The notes: generated from the letters alone by a model not told the origin. A stretch of 64,000 nucleotides of DNA from Acidimicrobiaceae bacterium (GCA_009837445.1 VXTM01000021.1:118767-182766); one strand, 5' to 3'. Positions 14,132 through 24,561 are shown, counted from the stretch's first letter. Program-made: numbers and translations.

Positions 14132-16248
14132 GCCGCCCCCGGCACCCTTGGTGTCACGGCGCCGGCATCGGTCTCGTCCATTGCGCCCGACGCGGCCACC
14201 ACTCCCCTGTTCAGCGCATCGACGGCTTCGCGGGCTGCCCTGGCAGTCTCGGCGCTCGGCGATACCGCCGCGATGCGGCGGGCCAGGTCGATCACCTGCT
14301 TGAGGTTGCGCACCAGGTCGCCGGCGGAGAAGCCCTCGTCCAGCAGAGCTTCGAATGACTCCTGTGCAGCCCAGCGGTGAGCCGCAGGCGCGAATCCGAT
14401 CTCCAACGATCGGATGGGTTCCACCCCGAAACGCTGCTCGGTGCGGTGCAGGTCGTCCAAATCGGTCTCGATGCGGCGCAGGCGGCGGTAGGCGACGCCG
14501 GACGGGATCCACACCTCGGGCCTCCGTCCCGGCGACCGGTGTTCGTAGGTGAACGCCGACAGCACCGAGGCGAGTTCCGGCGGGGACAACCCGTCCAGTC
14601 GCCCTGAATGCAGCGCCTCTGCCACCGCGAGGTCCGCCTCGTGGAAGACGCGCGACACCAGCGAACCCGAGGCTGTGAGCTCCCAGCCGTCGAGATGTCC
14701 CCTCCAGCGCAGCACCGCGGCCACCGCGTCGAAACGACCGGCGAGGTTCACCGGTGACGAGGATTCGTCAGCCTGATGCTGGGCGAAGGAGCGGGCCATT
14801 AGGTCGCGGGCCGCCTCGACGGGCATCCGTCCCAGCAGGCCGGCGACCATGTTGTAGGTGGGCCGGAACGCCGAGCGCAGCTCGAAGGATCGGCTGGCGG
14901 CCAGGGCTGCGACGTCGGAGAAGCTGAAGTCCTGCGACCACAGCATCACCGCCCAGCCGCGGTCGTCGATGCCGCGGCGGCCGGCCCGGCCCGTCAGCTG
15001 GGTGTACTGGACCGGGCTGAGCGGCGCGATGCGCTGGCCGTCGTACTTGGTGGGCTTGTCGATGACGACGCTACGAGCGGGCATGTTCACGCCCAGCGCC
15101 AGAGTCTCGGTGGCGAACACCACCCTGACCAGGCCCTCCGAGAAGCAGTGCTCCACCGTCTCCTTGAAGACCGGAAGCATGCCGGCGTGATGCGATGCGA
15201 TGCCGAGACGGAGCCGGTCGGCCCAGCGGCGGGCTCCCAGCGCGGCGAGATCGCCCCTGTCGAGACCGGCGAGGCGGGCCTCGACGACCTCGTCGACGCG
15301 GGCGGCCTCGGCGTCGCTGGTGTAGCGGGCGCCGTCGCGGGCCAGGCGGGCGGCGGCCTGATCGCATCCCTTGCGGCTGAACACGAACCAGATGACCGGC
15401 AGCAGGCTGCGCTCCTGCAACTGGGCCAGCAGGTCGATGCGTCGAGGAGGTCGCCAGAGCCCGCCGTCACGGTTCTGCCCGCGTGCTCCGGGATCGTTCG
15501 ACCGGCCTCGGCCCCTCCGACCGGTGCCCCGGCGCCCCCGGCCCGCGCCACCACCGGTGCGGGGACCTCGGCCCATTGCTGTGGGCTGGTCGAAGCGGCT
15601 GCCTTCGGGGTTGGGGCGGCCGCCGGCGAGGGTGGGAACGATCTGCACCGAGTCGGAGCGGCGGCGGCCCACGGCATAGAGGTTGGTCAGCGGCACAGGT
15701 CTCCGGCTCTCGGCCACCACCGCGGTCGGGCCGTGAACCCGGTTGAGCCAGTCGCCCAGCTCCCGGTGGTTGGAGACCGTGGCCGACAGGCACACCAGCA
15801 CTACATCCGGCGGAAGATGGAGGATCACCTCCTCCCACACCGGCCCCCGGTAGGGATCCTCCAGGAAGTGGACCTCGTCGAGGACGACCGCCCCGAGCCT
15901 GGCGTCCACCCCGCCTGCGTAGATCATGTTGCGGAGCACCTCGGTGGTCATCACCACCGCGTCGGCGTCGCCGGCGATGACGTTGTCGCCGGTCAGCAGC
16001 CCTACCCGCTCTGGTCCCAGCCGGCGACAGAGGTCCCGGTACTTCTGGTTCGACAGGGCCTTGATGGGCGTGGTGTAGAAGGCTCGGCGGCCCGCCGACA
16101 GAGCCGAGTCGACCGCATGGTCGGCCACCACCGTCTTGCCCGAGCCGGTCGGGGCGCTGACCAGCACCGACAGTCCGGAGTCGAGATGTCCGATGGCGCG
16201 ACGCTGGAACCCGTCAAGTACGAATCCAGCCCCTGCCCGAGCCGTCAC
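14128..16248 (-). CDS. helY: Ski2-like DEAD/DEAH-box helicase
   Basis: Walker A APTGSGKT, VLDEVHF (DEVH box), LSATVSN and TGRAGRRG. It lies downstream of tatC, as helY does in mycobacteria. It contains an Arg/Gly-rich insert. Confidence 0.85.
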   Translation of the reverse strand: MTARAGAGFVLDGFQRRAIGHLDSGLSVLVSAPTGSGKTVVADHAVDSALSAGRRAFYTTPIKALSNQKYRDLCRRLGPERVGLLTGDNVIAGDADAVVMTTEVLRNMIYAGGVDARLGAVVLDEVHFLEDPYRGPVWEEVILHLPPDVVLVCLSATVSNHRELGDWLNRVHGPTAVVAESRRPVPLTNLYAVGRRRSDSVQIVPTLAGGRPNPEGSRFDQPTAMGRGPRTGGGAGRGRRGTGRRGRGRSNDPGARGQNRDGGLWRPPRRIDLLAQLQERSLLPVIWFVFSRKGCDQAAARLARDGARYTSDAEAARVDEVVEARLAGLDRGDLAALGARRWADRLRLGIASHHAGMLPVFKETVEHCFSEGLVRVVFATETLALGVNMPARSVVIDKPTKYDGQRIAPLSPVQYTQLTGRAGRRGIDDRGWAVMLWSQDFSFSDVAALAASRSFELRSAFRPTYNMVAGLLGRMPVEAARDLMARSFAQHQADESSSPVNLAGRFDAVAAVLRWRGHLDGWELTASGSLVSRVFHEADLAVAEALHSGRLDGLSPPELASVLSAFTYEHRSPGRRPEVWIPSGVAYRRLRRIETDLDDLHRTEQRFGVEPIRSLEIGFAPAAHRWAAQESFEALLDEGFSAGDLVRNLKQVIDLARRIAAVSPSAETARAAREAVDALNRGVVAASGAMDETDAGAVTPRVPGAA

Positions 16249-16279
16249 GACCGCGCTGGGTCGCGCGCTTGCCGGCGGC

Positions 16280-17101
16280 TCACCGCCCGGCCGCCTCGCG
16301 CTTGCGTTGGCGGCGGCGGGTGAGCACGCCCCACAGGATCGAGAACTCGTAGAAGGCGTACATGGGAATCGACAGCGCCATCAGGGTAAAGGGGTCACCG
16401 CTGGGGGTGATGACCGCCACCAGTATCACGATCCCGACCACCGCGTAGGAGCGGATCCGGCGCAGGGTCCGGTTCTCGACGATGCCCATGGCCTGCAGCC
16501 CGATGAGGACTATCGGGAACTGGAAGGCGATCCCGAAGGCCACCATCATCTTCACCACGAAGCCCAGGTACAGCTTCGGGCTGAACAGCGACACCAGGTC
16601 GGGGCCGCCGATGTCCTTCAGGAAGTCGAGGGCCCGGGGAAGGCTCCAGTAGGCGAGGGCAGCGCCCAAGGCGAACAGCAGCACGCCGGCCGCCACGAAC
16701 GGGATCGCGTAGCGCTTCTCGTGGCGGTACAGGCCGGGCGCGATGAACCGCCACCCCTGCCACAGCAGCACCGGCATGGCCAGGGCCAGGCCCGAATAGC
16801 CGACCAGGGTGATCCGCACGCTGAAGGGTTCGAGCGGGCTGTGGACGAAGAGATTGCAGCCGCCGTCGGGACCGAACAGCGCGGAGTCGACCCGCTCCTC
16901 GGGCGGGAAAGTCCGGCAGTAGGGCTCCAGCAGGAAGTCGAGGATGAACGGGTAGAAGATCCAGCAGATGACCGCGCCCACGACCACCGCCACCGCCGAC
17001 TTGATCAGGCGGTTGCGGAGTTCGGCCAGGTGCTCCATGAGCGTCATGTGGCCGCCCTCGTCGAGGTTCCCCGTGCCGCCGTCGTTGTCCGTGTTGGTCA
17101 T
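16280..17101 (-). CDS. tatC: Twin-arginine translocase subunit TatC
   Basis: Reads MTLMEHLAELRNRLIKS, has six predicted TM segments and typical TatC length. The start could be 17101 or the internal ATG 18 codons downstream. Confidence 0.9.
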   Translation of the reverse strand: MTNTDNDGGTGNLDEGGHMTLMEHLAELRNRLIKSAVAVVVGAVICWIFYPFILDFLLEPYCRTFPPEERVDSALFGPDGGCNLFVHSPLEPFSVRITLVGYSGLALAMPVLLWQGWRFIAPGLYRHEKRYAIPFVAAGVLLFALGAALAYWSLPRALDFLKDIGGPDLVSLFSPKLYLGFVVKMMVAFGIAFQFPIVLIGLQAMGIVENRTLRRIRSYAVVGIVILVAVITPSGDPFTLMALSIPMYAFYEFSILWGVLTRRRQRKREAAGR

Positions 17102-17106
17102 CGCTC

Positions 17107-17592
17107 TCAGGCCGCAGTCTCGGTACCGGAGTCCGGCTCATCCGGAGGCGATTCCTCGCCATCCTCGGGCGGCTCCCAGTCGGCATCCTCCGGCATCGCC
17201 GTCTTCTCCTCGATGGGCTCCTCGGCCGCGCCCCGGAGCTCCTCATCAGCAGCCTTCAACGCCTCCTTGGACTCCTCGATGGGCTCCGCGGCCGCCTCAC
17301 GGAACTCCTTGTCGGCCGCCTTCAGGGTCTCCTTCATCTCCTTGATGGGCTCCTCGGCCGCCTCACGGAACTCCTTGTCGGCCGCCTTCAACGCCTCCTT
17401 GGACTCCTCCAGGGTCTCCTGCAGGGGCTGCGCGGCCTCTCGCAGCTCCTGCTGGAAGCCCTGCCCGATGCGGCGGACCTCGCCGACCACCCTGCCGATC
17501 TGGCGGATGGCAGGGGGCAGCTTGGTGGGCCCGAGCACGATCAGGGCGACGAGCAGGATTACAAGGACCTCTCCCCCGCCCAGATTTCCCAC
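17107..17592 (-). CDS. tatA: TatA/TatB-family translocase subunit with a repeat-expanded C-terminal tail
   Basis: N-terminus GGGEVLVILLVALIVLGPTKLP followed by an amphipathic helix. The C-terminal tail is built from 22-aa repeats. Confidence 0.8.
   Translation of the reverse strand: MGNLGGGEVLVILLVALIVLGPTKLPPAIRQIGRVVGEVRRIGQGFQQELREAAQPLQETLEESKEALKAADKEFREAAEEPIKEMKETLKAADKEFREAAAEPIEESKEALKAADEELRGAAEEPIEEKTAMPEDADWEPPEDGEESPPDEPDSGTETAA
17211..17408 (-). repeat. Coding tandem repeat, 3 x 66 nt, in the tatA tail
   Basis: Unit starts are at 17211, 17277 and 17343 (cgatgggctcc...). The peptide unit is approximately KEALKAADKEFREAAEEPIEES. Confidence 0.9.
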
Positions 17593-17601
17593 CGCGGCAG
17601 C

Positions 17602-17853
17602 CTAGCCAGGGGGTCGGCGGCGGCTGCGACCGCGCCGGGTGCCACGGACCCGGTCGGCTCGGGTCCTGGTGGCCTCGGCGTGGTCACCCAATCGGGCGGC
17701 CGAGCGGGACAGCTCGTCGCCGGCCACCGCAGTCGCCGACGACCTTCTCAGCGCCCCGGTCAGCTCCGCGGCGGCTTGACCCACGCTCCGGAGGCCCGTG
17801 ACAAGCACGACCAGTGCGATGACGGTGGCCGCTGCCGGCGCCAGCATCCACAT
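17602..17853 (-). CDS. Possible small membrane protein (83 aa)
   Basis: ATG at 17853. It has one hydrophobic segment (MWMLAPAAATVIALVVLVTGL) and a basic tail. There is no recognisable family and it lies in a GC-rich context, so it could be spurious. Confidence 0.3.
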   Translation of the reverse strand: MWMLAPAAATVIALVVLVTGLRSVGQAAAELTGALRRSSATAVAGDELSRSAARLGDHAEATRTRADRVRGTRRGRSRRRPPG

Positions 17854-17888
17854 GGCCTCCAACGCTACTGCCGGCTGCCGCCGGTCTC

Positions 17889-18635
17889 TCAGGTAGCGGC
17901 GTCGCCTGCGGGGCGGGCCAGCACCTCGACCATGCGGTCGACGTGGTCGCTGTAGACGGCGTCGATGCCCGCGTCGACCAGCTCGGCGATGTGGCGGACC
18001 TGCTGGGCGTCCCAGCCGAGGGCGTGCAGCTCGAACCGGTGGTACAGCGTGGTGAGGCCGCCGTTCCAGTCCTCGCGGTGGAAGTTGACCGCGTCGATTC
18101 CGGCTGCCGCGAGGTCGGCGGCGTGGCGCTCGGGGCCCTTCGGGAGCCGGTCCAGGCGGGTGGAGTGGACCAGCTTGACCTCGAGCGCGGCCGCCCGCCA
18201 TCCGCCCAGGACGTCGGCGCGGTGATGGCAGATCCAGAGACGCTCAGCGGCCCCGCGGGCGCGGGCCGCGGCCAGGAGGCCGTCGAAGGCGGCGTCGTCC
18301 TTGATGTCCACGCTGAGGGGCAGGTCTGTGCCGCAGGTCTCGTAGTACTCGTCGATGGTGGGGATGTGCGCGGGCAGGCTCGCCCGGGATGTGCGCCTGA
18401 TGGGCCGGCCAAACAGCCGTCGCGTCGACAACGTCGGCAGGCCCCACACGGACCCGTCGTGGTTCAGCACGACCACCCCGTCGGCGGTGATCCAGACGTC
18501 GGTCTCGATGCCGGTGGCGCCCATCTGATGGGCCAGCTTGAACGCATCCAGCGTGTTCTCGCGGGCGTGGGCCCTGGCCCCGCGGTGGGCGAAGCCGATG
18601 GGCGGGTCGAGCAGGGCCGGAATGCGAGTGGCCAT
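17889..18635 (-). CDS. Glycerophosphodiester phosphodiesterase (GDPD family)
   Basis: Motifs GFAHRGARAHARENT, GIETDVWITADGVVVLNHD. Confidence 0.85.
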   Translation of the reverse strand: MATRIPALLDPPIGFAHRGARAHARENTLDAFKLAHQMGATGIETDVWITADGVVVLNHDGSVWGLPTLSTRRLFGRPIRRTSRASLPAHIPTIDEYYETCGTDLPLSVDIKDDAAFDGLLAAARARGAAERLWICHHRADVLGGWRAAALEVKLVHSTRLDRLPKGPERHAADLAAAGIDAVNFHREDWNGGLTTLYHRFELHALGWDAQQVRHIAELVDAGIDAVYSDHVDRMVEVLARPAGDAAT

Positions 18636-18674
18636 CAGCCGCGATTTCCTCTGACCGCGGGCCGCAGACCGCGG

Positions 18675-19379
18675 CTAGACGCCGCCCAGGTCGTTGGGGG
18701 GCCAGAGCTTGAAGAAGGCCCGGCCCACCACCGTGTCCGCATCGATCGGGCCGAAGTAGCGGCCGTCGCGGCTGTCGGGGCGATTGTCGCCCAGCACGAG
18801 GAGCTTGCCCTCGGGCACTACGCAGCGATCCGGTTCGGGATCGTTGACGCAGCCGGGAATGGGCACTGTGGGATGGGTCGATCCGGCCGGTGGGAGGTAG
18901 GGCTCCTCCAGTTGGGCGCCGTCGATGTACACCTGCGTGCCCCGGATCTCGAACGTCTCACCGCCCAGGGCGACCACCCGCTTGATCAGGTCGTCGGCGT
19001 CGGCTGCCTGACCGGGCTGGCGGAAGACGATCACGTCGCCCCGGTTTACGTCGTGCAGGCGGTACCCCAGCTTGTAGACCACCACCCGGTTGTCGACCAT
19101 CAGGGTGGGCTCCATCGAGCCGGACGGGATCACGAACACCTCCACCAGGAAGGCCTTTAGCAGCAGGGCCAGCCCCAGGGCGCAGACGCCCACGACCAGC
19201 CACTCCGACAGCACGCTCCAGGCCCGCCGGGCCGCGGTCGGAGGGGTCGAGCCGGCCTCGTCGCCGTCGAGCGGCCCGTCCGGCGGGGTGCGCCACGCCA
19301 ACGGGAGCGGTTCCTCCGGTGCCTGCTCCGCGGGTGCGGCACCCCGTGGGGTGGGCTGGGGTCCGAAATCGGCGTTCAT
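18675..19379 (-). CDS. lepB: Signal peptidase I
   Basis: The ATG at 19379 overlaps the pafC stop (ATGA). It has a TM anchor, SGSMEPTL (catalytic Ser), LIKRVVALGGE (Lys) and GDNRPDSRDGRYFG. Confidence 0.85.
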   Translation of the reverse strand: MNADFGPQPTPRGAAPAEQAPEEPLPLAWRTPPDGPLDGDEAGSTPPTAARRAWSVLSEWLVVGVCALGLALLLKAFLVEVFVIPSGSMEPTLMVDNRVVVYKLGYRLHDVNRGDVIVFRQPGQAADADDLIKRVVALGGETFEIRGTQVYIDGAQLEEPYLPPAGSTHPTVPIPGCVNDPEPDRCVVPEGKLLVLGDNRPDSRDGRYFGPIDADTVVGRAFFKLWPPNDLGGV

Positions 19380-20389
19380 GTCCGGTACCGCGCCAGCATC
19401 CGTCCCGCGGTGGTCGCCCGCAGGTCCGGGTCGATGTCCGGGTCGCGGGCCAGCAGCTCCGCCTGCGGACCCAGCTGCACCAGCACACGGGCCAGCCAGG
19501 ACTCGCTCGCCACTGCGAAGACCGCGTCGACCGTGCCGTCCGGGCGCTCGGTGCGCTCCCGCGCGTCGTGGTAGTCGGCCGCCCAGGCGGCCTCGGGCGC
19601 TAGCCGGATCGCCACCGTCCGGTCTATGTCCGCCATGCCGAGGATCGGTTCCTCCCCCGCATCCAGTTGCACATCGATCGGCGTGCCGGTGACCGTGAGG
19701 GTGCGGATCCTGTCGACGCGGAACACCCGTTCGGCACCGGCGCGGTGGCACCAGCCGGACAGGTACCAGACGCCGTCGTGGCTCAGCAGCCGGGCCGGGT
19801 CGACGGCCCGAGAGGTCATGGCGTCGCGGCCGAACGAGTAGTACTCGATCTCGATCCGGTGCCGACGGCTGATGGCGCGCCGCAAGTCATCGAGGGTCTC
19901 TGACGGGGCCTGGCCCAAACACACGTCGATGTAGTCGCCGCGATCCTCCCCTTCCGGGCCGAGCGACAGCGTCAGCTTGGCCAGGGCGCGCACCAGCGGG
20001 TTGGCCTCGTCCTCGTCGACACCGCTGCCCTGCCCGCTCACCTTCGCCATGTCAAGCACGGTGCGACCGGCGGCCAGCAGCCGGGTCGCCTCCTCTCCGG
20101 ACAACTGCATGGGCCGGGAGAACCAGTCGGCGGCGTACTGGATGTCGACGATCCCATCCTCTATGAAGACGTTGATCAGCGTGTCGGGGGTGAAGGGGTG
20201 CACGCCCACGAAGAACAGCCTCTGCTCGAGGTCCTCCAACAACTGCTCGCGGGGGTAGTCGAAGCGGGCCGCGATGTCGTCGAGGTGGGCGCCATCCTGC
20301 TCCACAACCCAGGGCACGACGCCGAGCAGGCGGGCCAGGCGCTCAGCCACCGACAGCTTGGTCGGTTTCGCAGCCGGCGCCGACGTCAC
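19376..20389 (-). CDS. pafC: PafC, HTH/WYL-domain transcriptional regulator
   Basis: This is the second of two tandem WYL-type regulators directly downstream of pafA. The segment VWYLSGWCHRAGAERVFRVDRI is WYL-domain-like. Confidence 0.8.
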   Translation of the reverse strand: MTSAPAAKPTKLSVAERLARLLGVVPWVVEQDGAHLDDIAARFDYPREQLLEDLEQRLFFVGVHPFTPDTLINVFIEDGIVDIQYAADWFSRPMQLSGEEATRLLAAGRTVLDMAKVSGQGSGVDEDEANPLVRALAKLTLSLGPEGEDRGDYIDVCLGQAPSETLDDLRRAISRRHRIEIEYYSFGRDAMTSRAVDPARLLSHDGVWYLSGWCHRAGAERVFRVDRIRTLTVTGTPIDVQLDAGEEPILGMADIDRTVAIRLAPEAAWAADYHDARERTERPDGTVDAVFAVASESWLARVLVQLGPQAELLARDPDIDPDLRATTAGRMLARYRT

Positions 20390-20432
20390 CGCATCACCCT
20401 AGAGCTTCGGGCAGTGGGTGATCGATCAGGAC

Positions 20433-21344
20433 TCAGGCCAGAGCCTCCAGCCAGGCAACCACCTCGTCACGCAGCCATCCGGGTTCGAGCACCTCGGCAT
20501 GCTCAAGGAATTCCAGGACGAACGACCTGAGCGCGGCGGGCTCGCGCACCTGGAGCGTCAGCACTATCGACCCGTCCTCGCGGGGCTCGCCGTCGACGCC
20601 GGCACGGTGGCAGGCCCAGCTGGCCTGGTCGGCGTCCACCAGCACCCGGACCTCGATCGGGTCGCCCTCACCGAATTCCCAGGGCTTGACGGTGCCGGGA
20701 TCGGACCCCTCCCCCACCGGGTGGCCGGCCGGGCCCAGCTCGTCGACCGGCCCGCCGATGCGGTCGACCCGGTACGTGCGCTCGGTGCCGTGGCCGACGT
20801 CCCACCCCACCAGATACCAGTGGCCCTGGTTGAACGACAGGCGCCACGGCTCGACGTGGCGCTCGGTGTCGCGGTAGGGGAACGAGACCGCCCGTCGCCC
20901 GATCGCGGCCGCCACCAGCTTCGCCAGGGAGTCGTGGAAGGGCAGTTCGCCCACCTCCTCCACCTCGCCCGCCGCGCCGGCCGAGGCCGCTCCGCCCAGC
21001 CGGGCCAGGCCCCCGCCCGAGCCGCCCTCGAGGCGCACCAGGTTGGTGGCCAGGTGCAGCGCGGCCAGTTCGTCGGGGTCGAAGCGCACGTCGCGCCCCG
21101 CGTAGGCCCCGGCCGGGATCCGGTAGCCCTCCACCGGCGGGTCCAGGCGGTACAGGGTCGACACCTCGATGGGCACCCCGATGGCCCTCAGGTCGGCCTT
21201 GTCGCGCTCGAACATGCGCCTGAAGGCGGCCAGGTCCTCGGAGTAGGCGCCGGCCATACGCGCCCGCAGCTCGCCCGCGCTGAGCGGCTGAGCGGCGTTG
21301 CGCAGCGCCGCGGTGAGGTTCAGTAGCCGTTCGAGCTTGTCCAT
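20433..21344 (-). CDS. pafB: PafB, HTH/WYL-domain transcriptional regulator
   Basis: N-terminus MDKLERLLNLTAAL...FRRMFERDKADLRAIGVPIE as in PafB. The segment HWYLVGWDVGHGTERTYRVDRI is the WYL domain. Confidence 0.8.
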   Translation of the reverse strand: MDKLERLLNLTAALRNAAQPLSAGELRARMAGAYSEDLAAFRRMFERDKADLRAIGVPIEVSTLYRLDPPVEGYRIPAGAYAGRDVRFDPDELAALHLATNLVRLEGGSGGGLARLGGAASAGAAGEVEEVGELPFHDSLAKLVAAAIGRRAVSFPYRDTERHVEPWRLSFNQGHWYLVGWDVGHGTERTYRVDRIGGPVDELGPAGHPVGEGSDPGTVKPWEFGEGDPIEVRVLVDADQASWACHRAGVDGEPREDGSIVLTLQVREPAALRSFVLEFLEHAEVLEPGWLRDEVVAWLEALA

Positions 21345-21388
21345 CGGGTCCGAGGTTGGTCCGGGATCTCGACGCTACCGGGCCGGAG

Positions 21389-22747
21389 TTACAGGGACGC
21401 GATGAGCTTCTCCACCCGCTCGTCCTGCGACTTGAACGGGTCCTTGCACAGCACGGTCCGCTGCGACTGGTCGTTGAGCTTCAGGTGCACCCAGTCGACG
21501 GTGTAGTCGCGCCTGCGCTCCTTGGCCCGGCGGATGAACTCGCCCCGGAGCCGGGCCCGGGTGGTGTCGGGAGGGTTCTCCACCGCGTGCTGGATCTCGG
21601 CGTCGGTGACTAGCGTCTCCACCATCCGGCGGCGCTGCATCCGGTAGTAGAGGCCGCGGCTGCGGCTCACATCGTGGTACTGGAGGTCGACGAGGGCCAC
21701 CCGGGGGTCGGCCAGTTCAAGGTCGTGGCGCTCCCGGTAGGCCTCCACCAGATGGTGCTTGATGACCCAGTCGATCTCGCGGTCGAGCGTGAGGGGGTCC
21801 TGCTCGATGGCGGTCAGGCAGTACTCCCACATCGTGAGGGCCTTCTTCTCCTCGTCGGAGAGGTCGTGGTGCTCGGCGTAGCGCAGGGCCCGGTTGAGGT
21901 ACTCCGACTGGATCTCGAGCGCGCTGACCTCGCGCCCGGTGGCCAGGCGCACCCGGCGCCGGCAGGTGGTGTCGTGGCTGATCTCGCGGATGGCCCTGAT
22001 CGGGTTCTCCAGGGTCATGTCGCGCAGCACCACCCGGGGGTCCTCCAGCATCCTCAGCATCAGCGCGCAGGCGCCGACCTTCAGGAACGTCGTGTACTCG
22101 CTCATGTTGGAGTCGCCCACGATCACATGGAGGCGGCGGAAGCGCTCGGCGTCGGCGTGGGGCTCGTCGCGGGTGTTGATGATGGGCCGCGACCGGGTGG
22201 TGGCCGACGACACCCCCTCCCAGATGTGCTCGGCCCGCTGGCTGATGCAGTACATGGCGCCCCGGGCGGTCTGCAGCACCTTGCCCGCCCCCGCGTATAT
22301 CTGGCGGCTGACCAGGAACGGGATCAGCACCTCGGCGTAGTCGCTGAGGTCGTCGCGGCGGCTGGTGAGGTAGTTCTCGTGGCAGCCGTAGCTGTTGCCG
22401 GCCGAGTCGGTGTTGTTCTTGAACAGGAAGACGTCGCCGCGGATGCCCTCCTCGGCGAGGCGCTCCTCGGCATCGCCCAGGAGCTTCTCGACTATGCGCT
22501 CCCCCGCCTTGTCGTGCACCACCAGGTCGTGGGCCGAGTCGCATTCGGGGGTGGCGTACTCGGGGTGGCTGCCCACGTCGAGGTAGAGCCGCGAGCCGTT
22601 GCCGAGGAACACGTTGCTGCTGCGCCCCCATGACACCACCTTGCGGAACAGGTAGCGGGCCACCTCGTCGGGGCTGAGGCGCCGCTGGCCCCGCAGCGTG
22701 CAGGTGACGCCGTACTCGTTCTCAATGCCGAAGATGCGCCGCTGCAC
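21389..22747 (-). CDS. pafA: Pup-protein ligase PafA
   Basis: A GTG at 22747 gives [16 protein letters not shown], and I recall M. tuberculosis PafA starting MQRRIMGIETEFG. It is 452 codons long and sits in Pup-ligase/deamidase family context. Confidence 0.9.
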   Translation of the reverse strand: MQRRIFGIENEYGVTCTLRGQRRLSPDEVARYLFRKVVSWGRSSNVFLGNGSRLYLDVGSHPEYATPECDSAHDLVVHDKAGERIVEKLLGDAEERLAEEGIRGDVFLFKNNTDSAGNSYGCHENYLTSRRDDLSDYAEVLIPFLVSRQIYAGAGKVLQTARGAMYCISQRAEHIWEGVSSATTRSRPIINTRDEPHADAERFRRLHVIVGDSNMSEYTTFLKVGACALMLRMLEDPRVVLRDMTLENPIRAIREISHDTTCRRRVRLATGREVSALEIQSEYLNRALRYAEHHDLSDEEKKALTMWEYCLTAIEQDPLTLDREIDWVIKHHLVEAYRERHDLELADPRVALVDLQYHDVSRSRGLYYRMQRRRMVETLVTDAEIQHAVENPPDTTRARLRGEFIRRAKERRRDYTVDWVHLKLNDQSQRTVLCKDPFKSQDERVEKLIASL

Positions 22748-22803
22748 CCCGCCACCGTACCCCCCACGGCCCCACCACAACGGATCGGCCCAGTTCGGTG
22801 GGT

Positions 22804-23493
22804 TTAGGCGTCGAGGATGGTGGCTACTTCTTCGTCAGTTAGGCGGCGGAAGGCCCGGCGGCCGTTCGCCCGGTCGAGGACGGCGGTCTCGAGGCTGTCG
22901 GCGCTGAGGGTCCGGTCGGGTCCGGCCAGCGCGGCCACTGCGGCCCTGACGCCGCCGGCCAAACCCCGGGGGGCGTCGGGCAGAGCCTCCTCGAAGCGCT
23001 CCGAAATCTCCTCGGTCTCGCCGCCGAGAACGACCCAGTCGTCCTCGTCGACCACGGTGCCGTCGTAGAGGATGTGGAACAGCTGATCGCCCCGGCCGTC
23101 ATCGTCGAGGCCGATCTCGGCCACCAGGATCTCCACCTCCATCGGCTTGACCTCGTGGGTGAAGACCTGCCCGAGGCTCTGGGCGTAGGCGTTGGCCAGG
23201 CTGCGGGCGTCCACGTCCTCGCGGCTGAAGGCGAAGCCCTTCAGGTCGGCGTGGCGCACGCCGGCGATGCGGAGCTGGTCGAACTCGTTGTAGCGGCCCA
23301 CCCCCGCGAAGGCGATGCGGTCGTAGATCTCGCTCACCTTGCGCAGCGTGCTGGAGGTGTTCTCGGCCACGATGGCGATGCCGCCGCCGTAGCGGAAGGC
23401 GACCAGGCTGCGGCCCCGGGCGATGCCCTTGCGGGCATAGTCGGCCTTGTCCTTCATCACCTGCTCGGGCGGCGCGTAGAAGGGCATGGTCAT
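22804..23493 (-). CDS. prcA: 20S proteasome alpha subunit
   Basis: N-terminus [29 protein letters not shown]. The start overlaps the prcB stop (ATGA). Confidence 0.9.
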   Translation of the reverse strand: MTMPFYAPPEQVMKDKADYARKGIARGRSLVAFRYGGGIAIVAENTSSTLRKVSEIYDRIAFAGVGRYNEFDQLRIAGVRHADLKGFAFSREDVDARSLANAYAQSLGQVFTHEVKPMEVEILVAEIGLDDDGRGDQLFHILYDGTVVDEDDWVVLGGETEEISERFEEALPDAPRGLAGGVRAAVAALAGPDRTLSADSLETAVLDRANGRRAFRRLTDEEVATILDA

Positions 23494-24320
23494 GACTTGC
23501 CGCCCCCGTCGGCCTCCCGCCGGCTCCGGTGGCGGCGCAGCAGCCGCTCCGTGCGCCGGCGCAGCTCGGAGTCGTCCAGGCGCTGGTACCCGTCGGCGTC
23601 GATCACGGCCACCACCGGGAACACGTCGCGCACCGGGTCGGGGCCGCCGGTGGCCGAGTCGGCGTCGGAGGCCACGAACAGCGCATCCAGCACCAGGTCG
23701 GTGGCCGCCGTCCTCGTCATCGACGGGCGGAAACCCAGCTTCACGACGGTGTCGGCGTGCAGCGAGCCCGAGCCGGTGGCCGCATGGTCGCGCTCCTCGT
23801 AGCGCCCGCCGGTGACGTCATACTCGAAGATCCTGCCCCTGGAAGCCGCTGTGTCGAAGCCCGCGAATATGGGCACCACCACCAGGCCCTGCATGGCCGC
23901 CGGCAGGTTGGCCCGCACCATCTGGCCCAGCTGGTTGGCCTTGCCCTCGAGGCTTATGGGCGTGCCCTCCACCTTCTCGTAGTGCTCGAGCTGGAGCTGG
24001 AACAGCCGCACCATCTCCGCCGAGGGGCCGGCCGCGCCCGCGATGGCCACCCCGGAGTGGCGGTCGGCCGGGAACACCTTCTCGATGCGGTGGTTGCTGA
24101 TCAGATGGCCTGCAGTGGCCCGCCGGTCGCCGGCGAGGACCACACCCGAGTCGTAGCGCACGGCCACGCAGGTCGTGCCGTGAGGGATCTCCATCGGTGC
24201 CGCCCGCGGGTGGTCGGCAGCCGCCAGCGGATTGGTGTCGGAGCCGGCGCGGCTGAGGCGCAGCAGCGCGGCGAAGTTCGGGCCGGGATCGTCGTGCGGC
24301 CCGAAGCGGGGCAGGCTCAC
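23490..24320 (-). CDS. prcB: 20S proteasome beta subunit (with propeptide)
   Basis: The GTG at 24320 overlaps the pup stop (GTGA). The propeptide ends HG|TTCVAVRY, exposing the catalytic Thr. Confidence 0.9.
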   Translation of the reverse strand: MSLPRFGPHDDPGPNFAALLRLSRAGSDTNPLAAADHPRAAPMEIPHGTTCVAVRYDSGVVLAGDRRATAGHLISNHRIEKVFPADRHSGVAIAGAAGPSAEMVRLFQLQLEHYEKVEGTPISLEGKANQLGQMVRANLPAAMQGLVVVPIFAGFDTAASRGRIFEYDVTGGRYEERDHAATGSGSLHADTVVKLGFRPSMTRTAATDLVLDALFVASDADSATGGPDPVRDVFPVVAVIDADGYQRLDDSELRRRTERLLRRHRSRREADGGGKS

Positions 24321-24511
24321 TCGCCGCCCTTTTGGATGTAGCTCTTCACGAAGTCCTCGGCGTTGGTCTCCAGCACCTCGTCGATCTCGTCGAGCAGGTC
24401 GTCGAGCTGGGCCTTGATGTCGGAGCCCCGCTCCGACGCGGGCGGCGACTCCTCCACCGACTGCTCGCGGGGCGACGGGGCCGGCTTGCGGATCTGCTCT
24501 CGTTCGGCCAC
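24317..24511 (-). CDS. pup: Prokaryotic ubiquitin-like protein Pup (C-terminal GGE)
   Basis: 64 aa, MAEREQIRK...[28 protein letters not shown]. An RBS GGGAGGAA lies upstream of the GTG. Confidence 0.92.
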   Translation of the reverse strand: MAEREQIRKPAPSPREQSVEESPPASERGSDIKAQLDDLLDEIDEVLETNAEDFVKSYIQKGGE

Positions 24512-24561
24512 TGGATTCCTCCCGGCTCGTCGTCTGGGACCTAGTTGTCCACAAGGACTTT

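Noticed and set aside
24541-24549. CTAGTTGTC occurs near a repeat head both here and at 5214-5222, and CTAGTTAAC occurs at 62241.
   Set aside because: The orientation and distance relative to the heads differ. At 5214 it is simply the codons ...DN-stop of the YqgE-like gene. The evidence is insufficient for a motif.
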